Shown: one piece after another, positions 51,439-61,147 of the stretch
Layout of the letters: the number at the start of each line of letters is the position of its first letter
Numbering within the stretch: the first letter of the stretch is position 1
DNA from: an uncultured Staphylococcaceae bacterium
GTDB lineage: Bacteria; Bacillota_I; Bacilli_A; ML615J-28; CAG-313
Assembly: GCA_964507405.1 (NCBI GenBank)
Contig: CAZDPJ010000001.1
Span: 10,504 to 74,503 of the forward strand
Reading direction: 5' to 3'
DNA length: 64,000 nt
Program-made: the position numbers and the translations under genes
The notes under the pieces: model-generated
Database searches by the model: none
The model's input: the letters and a program-made list of their open reading frames with translations, nothing else
What the model was told of the DNA's origin: nothing

Positions 51439-51690
51439 ATGAGACACATTACTTACAAACCTACAGGTGTATGTTCAAGAGAAATTAATTTTGATATAGA
51501 TGAAAATGGAAAGATCCATAATTTAACATTCGTTGGTGGATGCAATGGAAATTTAAAAGCAATAGGTCGTCTTTTAGAAGGACAAGATGCATCAAATGCA
51601 ATGAAAATACTTTCAGGCAATACTTGTGGTAGTCGAAATACAAGTTGTGCTGACCAATTATCAAAAGCAATTGAAGCTAATATAAAATAA
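51439..51690 (+). CDS. TIGR03905-like four-cysteine (TSCPD-type) small protein
   Basis: 83 aa; GVCS...FVGGCNGN...CGSRNTSCADQL pattern. Confidence 0.55.
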   Translation: MRHITYKPTGVCSREINFDIDENGKIHNLTFVGGCNGNLKAIGRLLEGQDASNAMKILSGNTCGSRNTSCADQLSKAIEANIK

Positions 51691-52317
51691 ATAGTATAGA
51701 GAGGAAATATTAAATATTTTCGCCCCTCCCATTGTACAGAACGTACGAATATTATAAACGTTGCAACATTTATATTGATCACAATCTACATGAAATAATA
51801 AACTAAGAGGTCGACTAGTCATGGTCTACCTCTTTTTTTGTGTGTTATAAATGTTAAAATAAAAGTACCAAATTGTGCTCATATAAGAATTACCCATTAT
51901 TAACAACACAAATGAGTACTTTTTTATAATAATTACAGAAAAGAAGTAATTATATTGTTAAAAAACTTAAAGATGATAAGAGGATTGAACATTATAATAT
52001 GCTTAAAAGAGATAATAAAATTCTTCTTCCTAATAAGTACAATGTTAGTAAATTATATTACGAACGAACATTCTATTGTAATATCAAAAAAAGAAAGGTC
52101 ACCTTATAAGAAAAACTTAAAGTTCTCCTATTTGATTAGTTATATAATAATATATATTCTTTTCATTATTTGTTGCTTTTACAACTGATATTATTATCAT
52201 TATCATATATATAATCTAATATATATTCTGTTGTTTCTTTTCTTATTGCTTTTATTAGATTTCTTCCATAAAATTAAATAAAAAAAGTTAGTTCATCTAA
52301 AACTAACTTTTTTATAT

Positions 52318-53073
52318 TTAAATGTTTGTTTTTATTTTCCAAATATTTTTTCTACCTTCTTTTTTTTCTATTTCAATTATATTTAATTCTTTTAATACTT
52401 GAATAGCAGATGAGGCTTTATTATAACTCAATTTAAAAGTTTTACTAAAATCATTTACTGTAAATAATTTCTTATCCATTTCACTAGTCAAAATTTTTAA
52501 ATAATCAGTTGAATTTTTTAAATCATATTCTTTGACTATATAATTTGGAACTTGTTTAAATCTAACATATCCTTTTGAACGATAATGAATTTTAGGTACT
52601 ACTGTTCGATATTCATCAATATCCATATATATCACTTTAATATCTAAATTAGGATGACTAATAAAAGATTTAATCTTATACAATTCAACAAGAACTTGGA
52701 AAACAGTTCCTTTTTTTGGTGATTTTTGCTCTTTTAAGAATTCTCCATTATCATTTATACTATATATTTTTTTAATTCTTGATGTAGGATAAACAATAGT
52801 AACATGATAATCATTTAAAAATAAAGTTAACTTTTTTCTTAACATATTAAAGTTTTGTGTTTGTATTTCATATATATGATTATTTACTAATACATCTGCA
52901 TATAAATTTCCAACTTTAATTTCATGAAATTTATTATTCGGTTCAATATAATATTTCAATATTTTGTGAAGTATTTTTTCTTTTTGAATACCTATTGATA
53001 TGTTTTCAATTCGTTCTGATACTTGACTAATAGCCTTTTGTAATTTATCTGTTTCCATATTAAATTCTAGCAA
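52318..53073 (-). CDS. hypothetical protein with CoiA-like / PD-(D/E)xK nuclease-like motif
   Basis: 251 aa; GNLYADVLVNNHIYEIQTQ resembles nuclease core motif; bidirectional terminator downstream. Confidence 0.3.
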   Translation of the reverse strand: MLEFNMETDKLQKAISQVSERIENISIGIQKEKILHKILKYYIEPNNKFHEIKVGNLYADVLVNNHIYEIQTQNFNMLRKKLTLFLNDYHVTIVYPTSRIKKIYSINDNGEFLKEQKSPKKGTVFQVLVELYKIKSFISHPNLDIKVIYMDIDEYRTVVPKIHYRSKGYVRFKQVPNYIVKEYDLKNSTDYLKILTSEMDKKLFTVNDFSKTFKLSYNKASSAIQVLKELNIIEIEKKEGRKNIWKIKTNI

Positions 53074-53887
53074 ATCGTTTTTTTATTATTCCCGCAATAG
53101 AGAAAGTAACAAATACAATTAAGTTAACAATTACAACACTAGATGCTGAAGAATAATTTGAGAAACAGAAGAAAGCTACAATAAAGCAAAGTACAGATAT
53201 TATAGAAGAGGCAATGATTACTTTTTTAAATTTAGTAAATACTTGCATTGCTGAAAGAGATGGAAGAATAATTAAACTTGATATCAATAATGCACCCATA
53301 ATCTTTATACCAATAACAACAGTTATAGCAGTAAATAATGCAAATATCATATTATATACTTTTGTTTTAATACCCGTTGCTTTAGCAAAATCTTCATCAA
53401 ATGTAACACAGAATATTCTATTATAGAAAAAGACAAAGATAAATATTACACATAAAGTAACAGGTAAAATAATTAGAAAATCTTTTTTGGTGGCAAGTAC
53501 TATACTACCAAACATCATACTATTAATATCTTTTGTAAATCCTTCACTTAATGAACCAACAAAATAGCCAATTGCAAGAGCAGCACTTGATATTAATCCA
53601 ATCGCCGCATCTCCTTTGATTTTTGTACTTTCACCAAGACGAAGTAAAATATATGCTATCGCCATAACTATTGGAATCGCAATATAGGTAACCATTTCAT
53701 CTACTAAAGGACTAACCGCCATTATAACAGCGAATACACCAAAACTAACATGGCTTAAACCATCACCAATCATTGAGTATCTTTTTAATACAAGGACAAC
53801 ACCTAAGATTGCGGCTGTAAGAGAAATTAGGATTCCAACTAATAAAGGATATTTAATGATATCTAAATTTTGAAATAAATTACTCAT
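53060..53887 (-). CDS. znuB: metal (Zn/Mn) ABC transporter permease
   Basis: 275 aa; ZnuB/MntB-like 8-TM permease. Confidence 0.8.
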   Translation of the reverse strand: MSNLFQNLDIIKYPLLVGILISLTAAILGVVLVLKRYSMIGDGLSHVSFGVFAVIMAVSPLVDEMVTYIAIPIVMAIAYILLRLGESTKIKGDAAIGLISSAALAIGYFVGSLSEGFTKDINSMMFGSIVLATKKDFLIILPVTLCVIFIFVFFYNRIFCVTFDEDFAKATGIKTKVYNMIFALFTAITVVIGIKIMGALLISSLIILPSLSAMQVFTKFKKVIIASSIISVLCFIVAFFCFSNYSSASSVVIVNLIVFVTFSIAGIIKKRFARI

Positions 53888-54626
53888 TATTTTGCCCTTC
53901 CTTTACTACTGGTAAATTAAGATATTTACTCTTATATTCATCTTTTGAACCACAAAATACTTCGGGTTTTTCTAATTGAACAATTTTGTTTGCATAGTCT
54001 ACGATTTCTTCTTTGTAATGAGAAACAATAATTAATGTAACTCCTAATTCTTTATTAATCTTATTTAATATTTTATATAATGATGTTGTTGTATTTTTAT
54101 CAAGGCCGGTAAATGGTTCATCTAAAATTAATAACTTATCAGTTGCACATAATGCTCTTGCAAGTAATACTCTTTGTTGTTGGCCTCCTGATAATTCTCT
54201 AAAAGGACGATTAGCAAGATTAGTTATACCTAATAGTTTCATATTTTCTTTTGCCATTTGTTTTTCTGCTTTGCGATAAAAAGGAAAATAACGTAATCTA
54301 CTTACACACCCAGATATTACTACTTCAAAGGCTGATGCTGGGAACTCACCTGGTATTTTTGATTGTTGAGGCAAATAACCCACCATATTTCGATTTAATT
54401 TATCGGTTCTTTTAATTGTACCCCTAACTGGTGGAATTAATCCTAATGTAGTTTTTAAGAAGGTTGTTTTTCCAATTCCATTATCACCGAAAACACAAAC
54501 ATAATCCCCTTCTTCAATTTGAAGATTTATATTATTAACTATTGATTTATGTTCATAACCAATACATAATCCTTTATATTCTAATATCATTTCATTTACC
54601 TTCCTTAATATCATCATAGTTGACAT
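53880..54626 (-). CDS. znuC: metal ABC transporter ATP-binding protein
   Basis: 248 aa; GDNGIGKTT, LSGGQQQR. Confidence 0.8.
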   Translation of the reverse strand: MSTMMILRKVNEMILEYKGLCIGYEHKSIVNNINLQIEEGDYVCVFGDNGIGKTTFLKTTLGLIPPVRGTIKRTDKLNRNMVGYLPQQSKIPGEFPASAFEVVISGCVSRLRYFPFYRKAEKQMAKENMKLLGITNLANRPFRELSGGQQQRVLLARALCATDKLLILDEPFTGLDKNTTTSLYKILNKINKELGVTLIIVSHYKEEIVDYANKIVQLEKPEVFCGSKDEYKSKYLNLPVVKEGQNNE

Positions 54627-55578
54627 TTAATCCTTTAGCTAATGCCTTAATATTATCTTCCATAATATCTAAATAAGTTTTACCATTATCAAAATCTTCT
54701 TTACTTACATTATGACAAGAATGTAATAATACAATTTCAGCACCAGTAGATTCAGCAATCATTTCAGCAACATTTTCACTTAATAATTCTTTAACATATA
54801 TTACTTTTACATTTTCTTTTTTCATATCATTAATAACATTAATAATTGTATTAATTGAAGGTTCAACTTCTATAGAACAAGTAGCATATGTTAATACATA
54901 TTCTAGCCCATATTCATGTGTCCAGTAATAGAAAGAAAAAGGACTACCAAAATAAATCTTTTTAGTTTCACTATTTTCAACTACTTTTCTTATTTTTTGA
55001 TCAATCTGATTTAAAGATTCAATATAATTACTTGCATTAATTTTTATTTGTTCTTTACAATATGTATCTTGAATTAAATCAACCATTAAATCTCTAATTA
55101 CCTCAACCATATGAATAGCATTTAAAGGATATAACCAGTAATGAGGATCATATTCATGAGATGAATGTACATGATGATGGTGATGATCTGCTTCTTCTTC
55201 AACGGGAAATAATTCAATTCCATCAGATAAATCTATAACTTCTGTATATTTACTGATATCTAGTTTTTTAACCCATTGTTCAATTTCATCACTTGTATAT
55301 AAAAATAAATCTGAATTCTTAATTTCAATTAAATCATCAACTCTTAAATCAAAACTATGTGAATCTGCTCCTGGAGGAATTAATAAAGATACTTCGAAAC
55401 TATTTTTTAACTGTTTATTATCGCCTATTAATGCTTTTACAAATTCATATTGAGGAAATTGAGTAGCAACTATTTTTTTCTTATATAAAACACCATTATC
55501 AATAATACCACAACTACAAATTAATAATACCATAATAACAGCTATAAATAATGATATTATTTTTTTAATTTTATTCAT
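54592..55578 (-). CDS. znuA: zinc ABC transporter substrate-binding lipoprotein with His-rich loop
   Basis: start moved to MNKIKK (GGAG RBS; 8-nt overlap with zur stop); EEEADHHHHHVHSSHEYDPHYW loop typical of ZnuA/AdcA. Confidence 0.75.
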   Translation of the reverse strand: MNKIKKIISLFIAVIMVLLICSCGIIDNGVLYKKKIVATQFPQYEFVKALIGDNKQLKNSFEVSLLIPPGADSHSFDLRVDDLIEIKNSDLFLYTSDEIEQWVKKLDISKYTEVIDLSDGIELFPVEEEADHHHHHVHSSHEYDPHYWLYPLNAIHMVEVIRDLMVDLIQDTYCKEQIKINASNYIESLNQIDQKIRKVVENSETKKIYFGSPFSFYYWTHEYGLEYVLTYATCSIEVEPSINTIINVINDMKKENVKVIYVKELLSENVAEMIAESTGAEIVLLHSCHNVSKEDFDNGKTYLDIMEDNIKALAKGLNVNYDDIKEGK

Positions 55579-55987
55579 GTGGTTTCTCCAAACATTCCTT
55601 ACAAGTTCCATAGATAAGAGTTTTAGTATTATCTATTTTAAAATTAAGGCTTTTTTCTAATTTTTTATCTAATAACTTTATATCTTCCTTATTAGCATTT
55701 ATTAGTTTTCCACATTGATCACAAATTAGATGAAAACAATTTTGGCTCTCTTTATTATTACCCACATATTGATAACAAGAAGCATTATCAATAACATATT
55801 TATTTACTTCACCATTTTCTACTAAAACATCTAAAAAACGATATAATGTAGTTTTACTAACTGGGGTTTCCTCGTCTTTTAATATATTTAGCATCTGTTC
55901 TGCCGTCATATGAATTTTATAGTTTTCTTTTAATAAAGAAAAAATAGCTGATTTTTGTTTGGTTTGATAATTACGACAAGAATTCAT
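55571..55987 (-). CDS. zur: Fur-family regulator, likely Zur
   Basis: 138 aa; Fur-family fold with CxxC pairs (CDQCGK, CKEC); leads a zinc ABC operon. Confidence 0.7.
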   Translation of the reverse strand: MNSCRNYQTKQKSAIFSLLKENYKIHMTAEQMLNILKDEETPVSKTTLYRFLDVLVENGEVNKYVIDNASCYQYVGNNKESQNCFHLICDQCGKLINANKEDIKLLDKKLEKSLNFKIDNTKTLIYGTCKECLEKPHE

Positions 55988-56002
55988 ATAATCCTCCTCA
56001 AT

Positions 56003-56019
56003 TTGAAACTTAGTTTCAA
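56003..56019. promoter_or_regulatory. perfect 8-1-8 palindrome TTGAAACT-T-AGTTTCAA between -10 region and RBS of zur; candidate Zur/Fur-family box
   Basis: read directly; 16 nt upstream of zur start. Confidence 0.45.
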
Positions 56020-56140
56020 TTTATATAATAATTATATACTTAATTTTTTAATGAGTCAAGAAAAAAGTTTTACTATTTTTATGTATTAATATGTTTTAAA
56101 AAATGGTAATTTTATACTACCATTTTATTTATTAAATTAT

Positions 56141-56455
56141 TTAATTTGATTCATCTACCATATATGTTTTAGTTTGACAGTATGGACATTTTACTTTTTT
56201 CCCCATTCTTCCAGCACTAACAGAAAAAATATCTTTAATAAAATTAATCTTAAATTCTTTATGACAATGAGGGCAATTATAATGAGTAGTTAGACTATGA
56301 ATTATAGCCATACAAAGATAACCTAAAAATATTATTAAGATAGTTGTTATAATTATTGCTAGATTATGGAACACAATAATTAAAGCAATTGATAATAAAG
56401 ATGCAACAACATATATAAGTAAACCAATTATACGAATTTTCTCACTTTTTTTCAT
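56141..56455 (-). CDS. small membrane protein with C-terminal zinc ribbon
   Basis: 104 aa; 2 TM then CPHC...CPYC. Confidence 0.4.
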   Translation of the reverse strand: MKKSEKIRIIGLLIYVVASLLSIALIIVFHNLAIIITTILIIFLGYLCMAIIHSLTTHYNCPHCHKEFKINFIKDIFSVSAGRMGKKVKCPYCQTKTYMVDESN

Positions 56456-57464
56456 TTATAAATTCCTCTATTTCTTTTTGTTTATTAATATAATAAGATG
56501 AACCTGTTAAGTCAATCATAATTTGTAAAAGATAATTTAAACTTTTATAGTTTTTAGTTTGTGTAAAATAATTAGAAAAATCATTTACTGTTTCGATTAA
56601 TTCTTTAGATGGTCCATAATTTATATCTTCTGTTTTAAATAATTCTATTATTTTTTCTGGAGTTTCAAATTTAATAAAGCCTGCAACTTTTACAATTTCC
56701 CCAATTTCCTTTTTATTAAATGCGTCACCAGCAAAGTGATCACTAACCACAAAACTAGCAATGCTTATTGGATAATTTTGTTGTTGTTTAAAACAAATAC
56801 CTGCTGATTGATATAAAAAGGCAAATTGTTCTTTTTTATAAGCAAACCTAAGAGCTTCTTTTGTTAATGTAAATGCGTCACTATACATTGATTTTTTTAA
56901 ATAAAGTTTTATTAATTCTTCATATAAATACATACCACGAGGATTAAATGATAATGCTTTTTTCAAATAGTTTATAGCATCATTTTCTAATCCTTGTTCA
57001 ATTGAAATTGCGGCTAAATGATAACAGAAATTTGTAACAGGTTCAGGAAATCGATGAATATTTAATTTAACCGAATTATTAAATGTTTTACAATAAATTA
57101 TATATTCAATCATCTGTTCAAAATCATAATATAAAGCAGATTCAACATGCCTCATTTTATCATAAGAACTAAGTAAATCAAGCAAGATTAATTTAGCTTG
57201 TTCTAATTTAGAATTCTTAATAAGTTTTAAAGCATTTAAATATTGTTCTTTTCTTTTCATTAATACTTCTTTAGCAAAATTATCATATTTTTTTCTTTCA
57301 TTTTCATCTAAATAACTAAATAAGATTTGAGAGATAAAAAAGGTAACTTGATTATTGTTTTCTTTTTTATATTTTGCTAATTGTTCTTTTAAATATTTTT
57401 CATCTTCTATTTTGTTTCCAGTTAATTCACTTTTAATTTCATTCATTATATCTTGATTATTCAT
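56442..57464 (-). CDS. hypothetical helical-repeat (TPR-like) protein
   Basis: start placed at MNNQD (ATGAATAA overlap with upstream stop); alpha-helical repeat composition; no motif. Confidence 0.35.
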   Translation of the reverse strand: MNNQDIMNEIKSELTGNKIEDEKYLKEQLAKYKKENNNQVTFFISQILFSYLDENERKKYDNFAKEVLMKRKEQYLNALKLIKNSKLEQAKLILLDLLSSYDKMRHVESALYYDFEQMIEYIIYCKTFNNSVKLNIHRFPEPVTNFCYHLAAISIEQGLENDAINYLKKALSFNPRGMYLYEELIKLYLKKSMYSDAFTLTKEALRFAYKKEQFAFLYQSAGICFKQQQNYPISIASFVVSDHFAGDAFNKKEIGEIVKVAGFIKFETPEKIIELFKTEDINYGPSKELIETVNDFSNYFTQTKNYKSLNYLLQIMIDLTGSSYYINKQKEIEEFINEKK

Positions 57465-58329
57465 CTTCTGTTTCTTCCTCATGTATTTTATGTAATTGAT
57501 TAGAATGAAGTTTTGCAAGATGGTCATTAATAGCCATTTTATGAATTATTTGTTTAACCGTTAATTCAAGTTCCGAACCAGCCGAATAATCAGCTTTCGC
57601 AATGTAGCCAACACGATTTTCTTTAATTAACTTATAAACTTTAGAGCGTTCTTTTTTATGATATAAAGCGATAGATTCACCACCCCTAGAACGAACAACT
57701 GTCATACATGGAACATCAGTTAATCCATCACCAATATAAACCATATTACGATATGGTATTCTTCTTTCATCTTCTGGTACATATGAATTTAAAGTATAGT
57801 CATCCATTTTATCTAAAACACCTTTTGATATTCTAAAAATAAATTGTGTTTTAGTTGTATAATTTATAGCTTGTTGTGCCCAGTCTGCATTTCCACGTTC
57901 ATTATAATGAAATTCACAAGCATAAATTCTTTTAAAATATTTAGCTATTGGTGTTCCTTCTATTATTTCAGCAAGCCCAGATGAAATGATATAATGTTCA
58001 ACCTCTATATTTAATTCTTTAGCGTAATCATCGATTCGTTTAAACCAGCTTTTTACACCCTTTAATAATACAACATCTTGACCTAACTTATTAAAAGACT
58101 CTTTAGTAATTGGTATATCTTTCTTTTTAGCAAGTTTTATCATTAAATACATATATGCTAAAATCTTATCCATATTACTTTTAGTCGCAATTCGATTAGC
58201 TTCTCCCCAAAATTCTTCAGAATTCATTCCAAGGCTTGGAATAAAACTATACTCTTGCATATCTTTTTCACATAAAGTTTTATCAAAATCATACATTAAG
58301 GCAATTATTGTTTTTTGATTAGTTGCCAT
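57457..58329 (-). CDS. HAD-superfamily (subfamily IB-like) hydrolase
   Basis: 290 aa; motif I DFDKTL, motif IV YIGDGLTD. Confidence 0.6.
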   Translation of the reverse strand: MATNQKTIIALMYDFDKTLCEKDMQEYSFIPSLGMNSEEFWGEANRIATKSNMDKILAYMYLMIKLAKKKDIPITKESFNKLGQDVVLLKGVKSWFKRIDDYAKELNIEVEHYIISSGLAEIIEGTPIAKYFKRIYACEFHYNERGNADWAQQAINYTTKTQFIFRISKGVLDKMDDYTLNSYVPEDERRIPYRNMVYIGDGLTDVPCMTVVRSRGGESIALYHKKERSKVYKLIKENRVGYIAKADYSAGSELELTVKQIIHKMAINDHLAKLHSNQLHKIHEEETEDE

Positions 58330-58342
58330 TTGTTTTTCCCCC

Positions 58343-59152
58343 TTATATTTTATTTTTAATCTCGTCTATTTTTTTACTTGTTAATAGTAGGTCTTCATAA
58401 CTATTAAATAATACTTCTGAACTATATAAACCTTCATATGAGATTTCCTTTAAAGTTTTAAAATAACTAACAAAATCGATAGTTCCCGTACCTAATGCTT
58501 GATGTTCATCTCTAATTCCGTGGTTATCACTTAAATGAATATGCGCAAGATATTCCTTTAAATATTTTACAAATTCATTTATTGGAGTTTTATTAATAGT
58601 ATTAGAAGCATGACAATGTCCACAATCAAATGTCATTAACACTTGATGATTAAAATTACTTAAATAATTCTTCATTTCTTCTTTATTTAAACAAAGTTCA
58701 TTTGAACCTACTAAATTTTCAATCATAATTGTCATATCATATTTAGAAGCAAATTTAGCTAATTTTTTAACATTTTCAATAGAAAGCTTAACTGCTTCTT
58801 CTTTAGATAATGTTCCATCTAATTCCCCAGGATGAAGGGTAAGCTTATGAACATTGAACATACTTGCGAAAGATATAGCATTATAATATCTTTCCATAAT
58901 ATTATCTAAATCTGTATAGCTTGCTATATTATTAGCTTTTCCATGAGGAAGATGACATACTATTTCAAAATTATCATATTTCATATATGACTTAATACCT
59001 TCAACATAATCATTATATTGTTCTACAGATACATTATATGGATAAAAGATTTCACATCCAGCAAATAAACCTGTTTTAATTAAATGATTTTCATAGCTTA
59101 ATATTTCTTCTTTTGTTCTTAAAGGATTTATTGTAAAGCATTTTCTAATCAT
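58343..59152 (-). CDS. sugar phosphate isomerase/epimerase (xylose-isomerase-like TIM barrel)
   Basis: 269 aa; HLSDNHGIRDEHQALGTGTIDF metal-site pattern. Confidence 0.6.
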   Translation of the reverse strand: MIRKCFTINPLRTKEEILSYENHLIKTGLFAGCEIFYPYNVSVEQYNDYVEGIKSYMKYDNFEIVCHLPHGKANNIASYTDLDNIMERYYNAISFASMFNVHKLTLHPGELDGTLSKEEAVKLSIENVKKLAKFASKYDMTIMIENLVGSNELCLNKEEMKNYLSNFNHQVLMTFDCGHCHASNTINKTPINEFVKYLKEYLAHIHLSDNHGIRDEHQALGTGTIDFVSYFKTLKEISYEGLYSSEVLFNSYEDLLLTSKKIDEIKNKI

Positions 59153-59832
59153 CGATGATTCCTCCCTTTTTTTATTATTAAATTAACAAGTTTATATATA
59201 TAATATGGAACAGTTATTAAAACACCAACTGCTTCAACAAGTACTGACACTGTAGAAAAGCAAAATACATGCCACCATACAAAATGATAATTATACTTTC
59301 TTAAAACATTAATTGTAAAAATAACGCCAGTAATAATCGAACAAATAATATATGCTATAACATACTTTATGTTTTCACCAATTAGATTATATAAAGTAGA
59401 ATCAGTAAATGCATTTTTACTAAGTGGATAAAAAACAAAAAGGCCAAGTATAAATAAAATAGGAACACAAATTAAATAAATTAAATCGAGTACTACTCGT
59501 TTAGTACTTCCATAATACCAATCATAGTTTTTTCGATCTTTACTGTTTCTCATTGATTTATCAGCGATACTTCGTTCTTCTTTAATATTTCGAACCATAA
59601 TATCACGATGACTAATTCTAAGAGCCTTAGAGATTGTTTCAACTTCATCAAATGATGGTATAACTTTACCTTGTTCTATTTGTTTAATAATATTTTTATC
59701 AATATTAACTATTCCTGCAAAATCATCAATACTTATTCTTTGTTCTTTTCTTAATATATTAATATTAGAACCTAAATATATCGACTCATTCGGTATATCA
59801 AGATCTTCTAAAAATTCTTCATATCTATTCAT
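59149..59832 (-). CDS. XRE-family HTH protein with C-terminal multi-TM anchor
   Basis: 227 aa; HTH ISIDDFAGIVNIDKNIIKQIEQG; 3 predicted TM helices; 4-nt overlap with downstream gene. Confidence 0.55.
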   Translation of the reverse strand: MNRYEEFLEDLDIPNESIYLGSNINILRKEQRISIDDFAGIVNIDKNIIKQIEQGKVIPSFDEVETISKALRISHRDIMVRNIKEERSIADKSMRNSKDRKNYDWYYGSTKRVVLDLIYLICVPILFILGLFVFYPLSKNAFTDSTLYNLIGENIKYVIAYIICSIITGVIFTINVLRKYNYHFVWWHVFCFSTVSVLVEAVGVLITVPYYIYKLVNLIIKKGRNHR

Positions 59833-59843
59833 TATTTACCTCA

Positions 59844-60377
59844 TTATTCCATTGTAATTTTAACTTTATTATTATATTTATATTGCTCGCCATTATCTTT
59901 TACATTAAATTGTAAAGTTATTTGGTCTTTCATATATGAAGTAATATAACAAGTACCATCTTCAATTTTATAACGAAAAGATATTTTCTTTCCATCATAT
60001 AATGAATCAAGTATTTCTACTTGAATATCTTTATCAGAAATACTATCACCATATTCAAGTTTAATTTCAATAGTTTCTCCTATATTCATATTATAAGAAC
60101 TAATATTAATATTTACATATCCTTTTGGTTGTAGTAAAGAATAAACAAAAACAAAAGTTAAAAGCACAAAAATAAGCCCAAAAACAATACCTAATTTTTT
60201 TAAAAGTTTTTTTCTTGATCTTTCTTTTCTTAAAGTTTCTAATTCATCTTGAATTAATTCATCTTCAAGTTCTTCTTTACTAAATTCTTTTTCACATGAA
60301 ATATCCATACCACATACTTGGCATTTAATTGCATTATTCTCTTCAGTTATACCATTACAATATGGGCATACTTTCAT
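59844..60377 (-). CDS. zinc-ribbon / single-TM / extracytoplasmic beta-domain protein
   Basis: 177 aa; CPYC...CQVC N-term, acidic linker, TM, beta-rich C-term. Confidence 0.45.
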   Translation of the reverse strand: MKVCPYCNGITEENNAIKCQVCGMDISCEKEFSKEELEDELIQDELETLRKERSRKKLLKKLGIVFGLIFVLLTFVFVYSLLQPKGYVNINISSYNMNIGETIEIKLEYGDSISDKDIQVEILDSLYDGKKISFRYKIEDGTCYITSYMKDQITLQFNVKDNGEQYKYNNKVKITME

Positions 60378-60459
60378 ATAACCACTCCCTCATATATTTA
60401 TTATATCATTATTAGTAATTTTTGTCAATTTTACGATGAAAAAAATGCTCAAGAAATTC

Positions 60460-60909
60460 TCAAGCATTTACTAAACTAGAATAATTATTATTATTTGTTT
60501 TTAAAACAATTTGTTTTATTTGTCTAACTATTTCTCTATATATTTCAAGCATTCTATTTTGCATTTGTAAAATTTGTGACTTAATAGGCATCGTAAAATC
60601 ATTTATTAAATTATAATATGAAACTTTAATAATTATTACTAAATCAATACTAGTAATATCAGGCATTGATTTTGAAGGTTTAAGTCTAATTTGTGATAAC
60701 ATTCTTAATAATGCTTTACCATATCTTGTTAAACAAAAAGATATAAGTACATTTGTTTCATTAATATAGTAACATATAGCCATAGCTATTATTATTACAA
60801 TTGTTAAATTACAAATGCTTAACATTGATTTATTTATTCTATTATTTGTGACAACATATACTAAAATAATGATAGCAAGGGCATTTTCAAAAGCCAAAAT
60901 ATCTAACAT
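60460..60909 (-). CDS. hypothetical membrane protein (149 aa)
   Basis: ORF with 2 TM helices; no family. Confidence 0.3.
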   Translation of the reverse strand: MLDILAFENALAIIILVYVVTNNRINKSMLSICNLTIVIIIAMAICYYINETNVLISFCLTRYGKALLRMLSQIRLKPSKSMPDITSIDLVIIIKVSYYNLINDFTMPIKSQILQMQNRMLEIYREIVRQIKQIVLKTNNNNYSSLVNA

Positions 60910-61091
60910 AGCTAGGCCTCCTTTTTAAAGTTTTCTAGTATTATATCATTTGTTTTGTTTAAATGTCAAGTGTTTTAAACTAGATTACACAAATATTTGT
61001 GTTTAATTTATGATAATAACCTAAACTGTAAATCATAATATAATACTAACTGAGGTATTAACAGTGGAACAATATAAATACAAAATAATAA

Positions 61092-61135
61092 AAAACTATA
61101 GTTATTTTCTAATAATACAATAACTACAGTTTTTT
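61092..61135. terminator. bidirectional terminator (AACTATAGTTATT-loop-AATAACTACAGTT + T6) after UbiB gene
   Basis: 13-bp stem, one mismatch. Confidence 0.45.
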
Positions 61136-61147
61136 AAATAACAATTC

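Noticed and set aside
51453-51782. Minus-strand ORFs (109 aa, 61 aa) overlapping the TIGR03905-like gene
   Set aside because: The plus-strand product has a conserved 4-Cys pattern and an RBS. The antisense ORFs lack both.
51955-52188. 77-aa plus-strand ORF in the AT-rich gap upstream of the CoiA-like gene
   Set aside because: It has no RBS and a low-complexity Ile/Leu/Tyr-rich translation. It is probably a chance ORF, although the gap itself stays unexplained.
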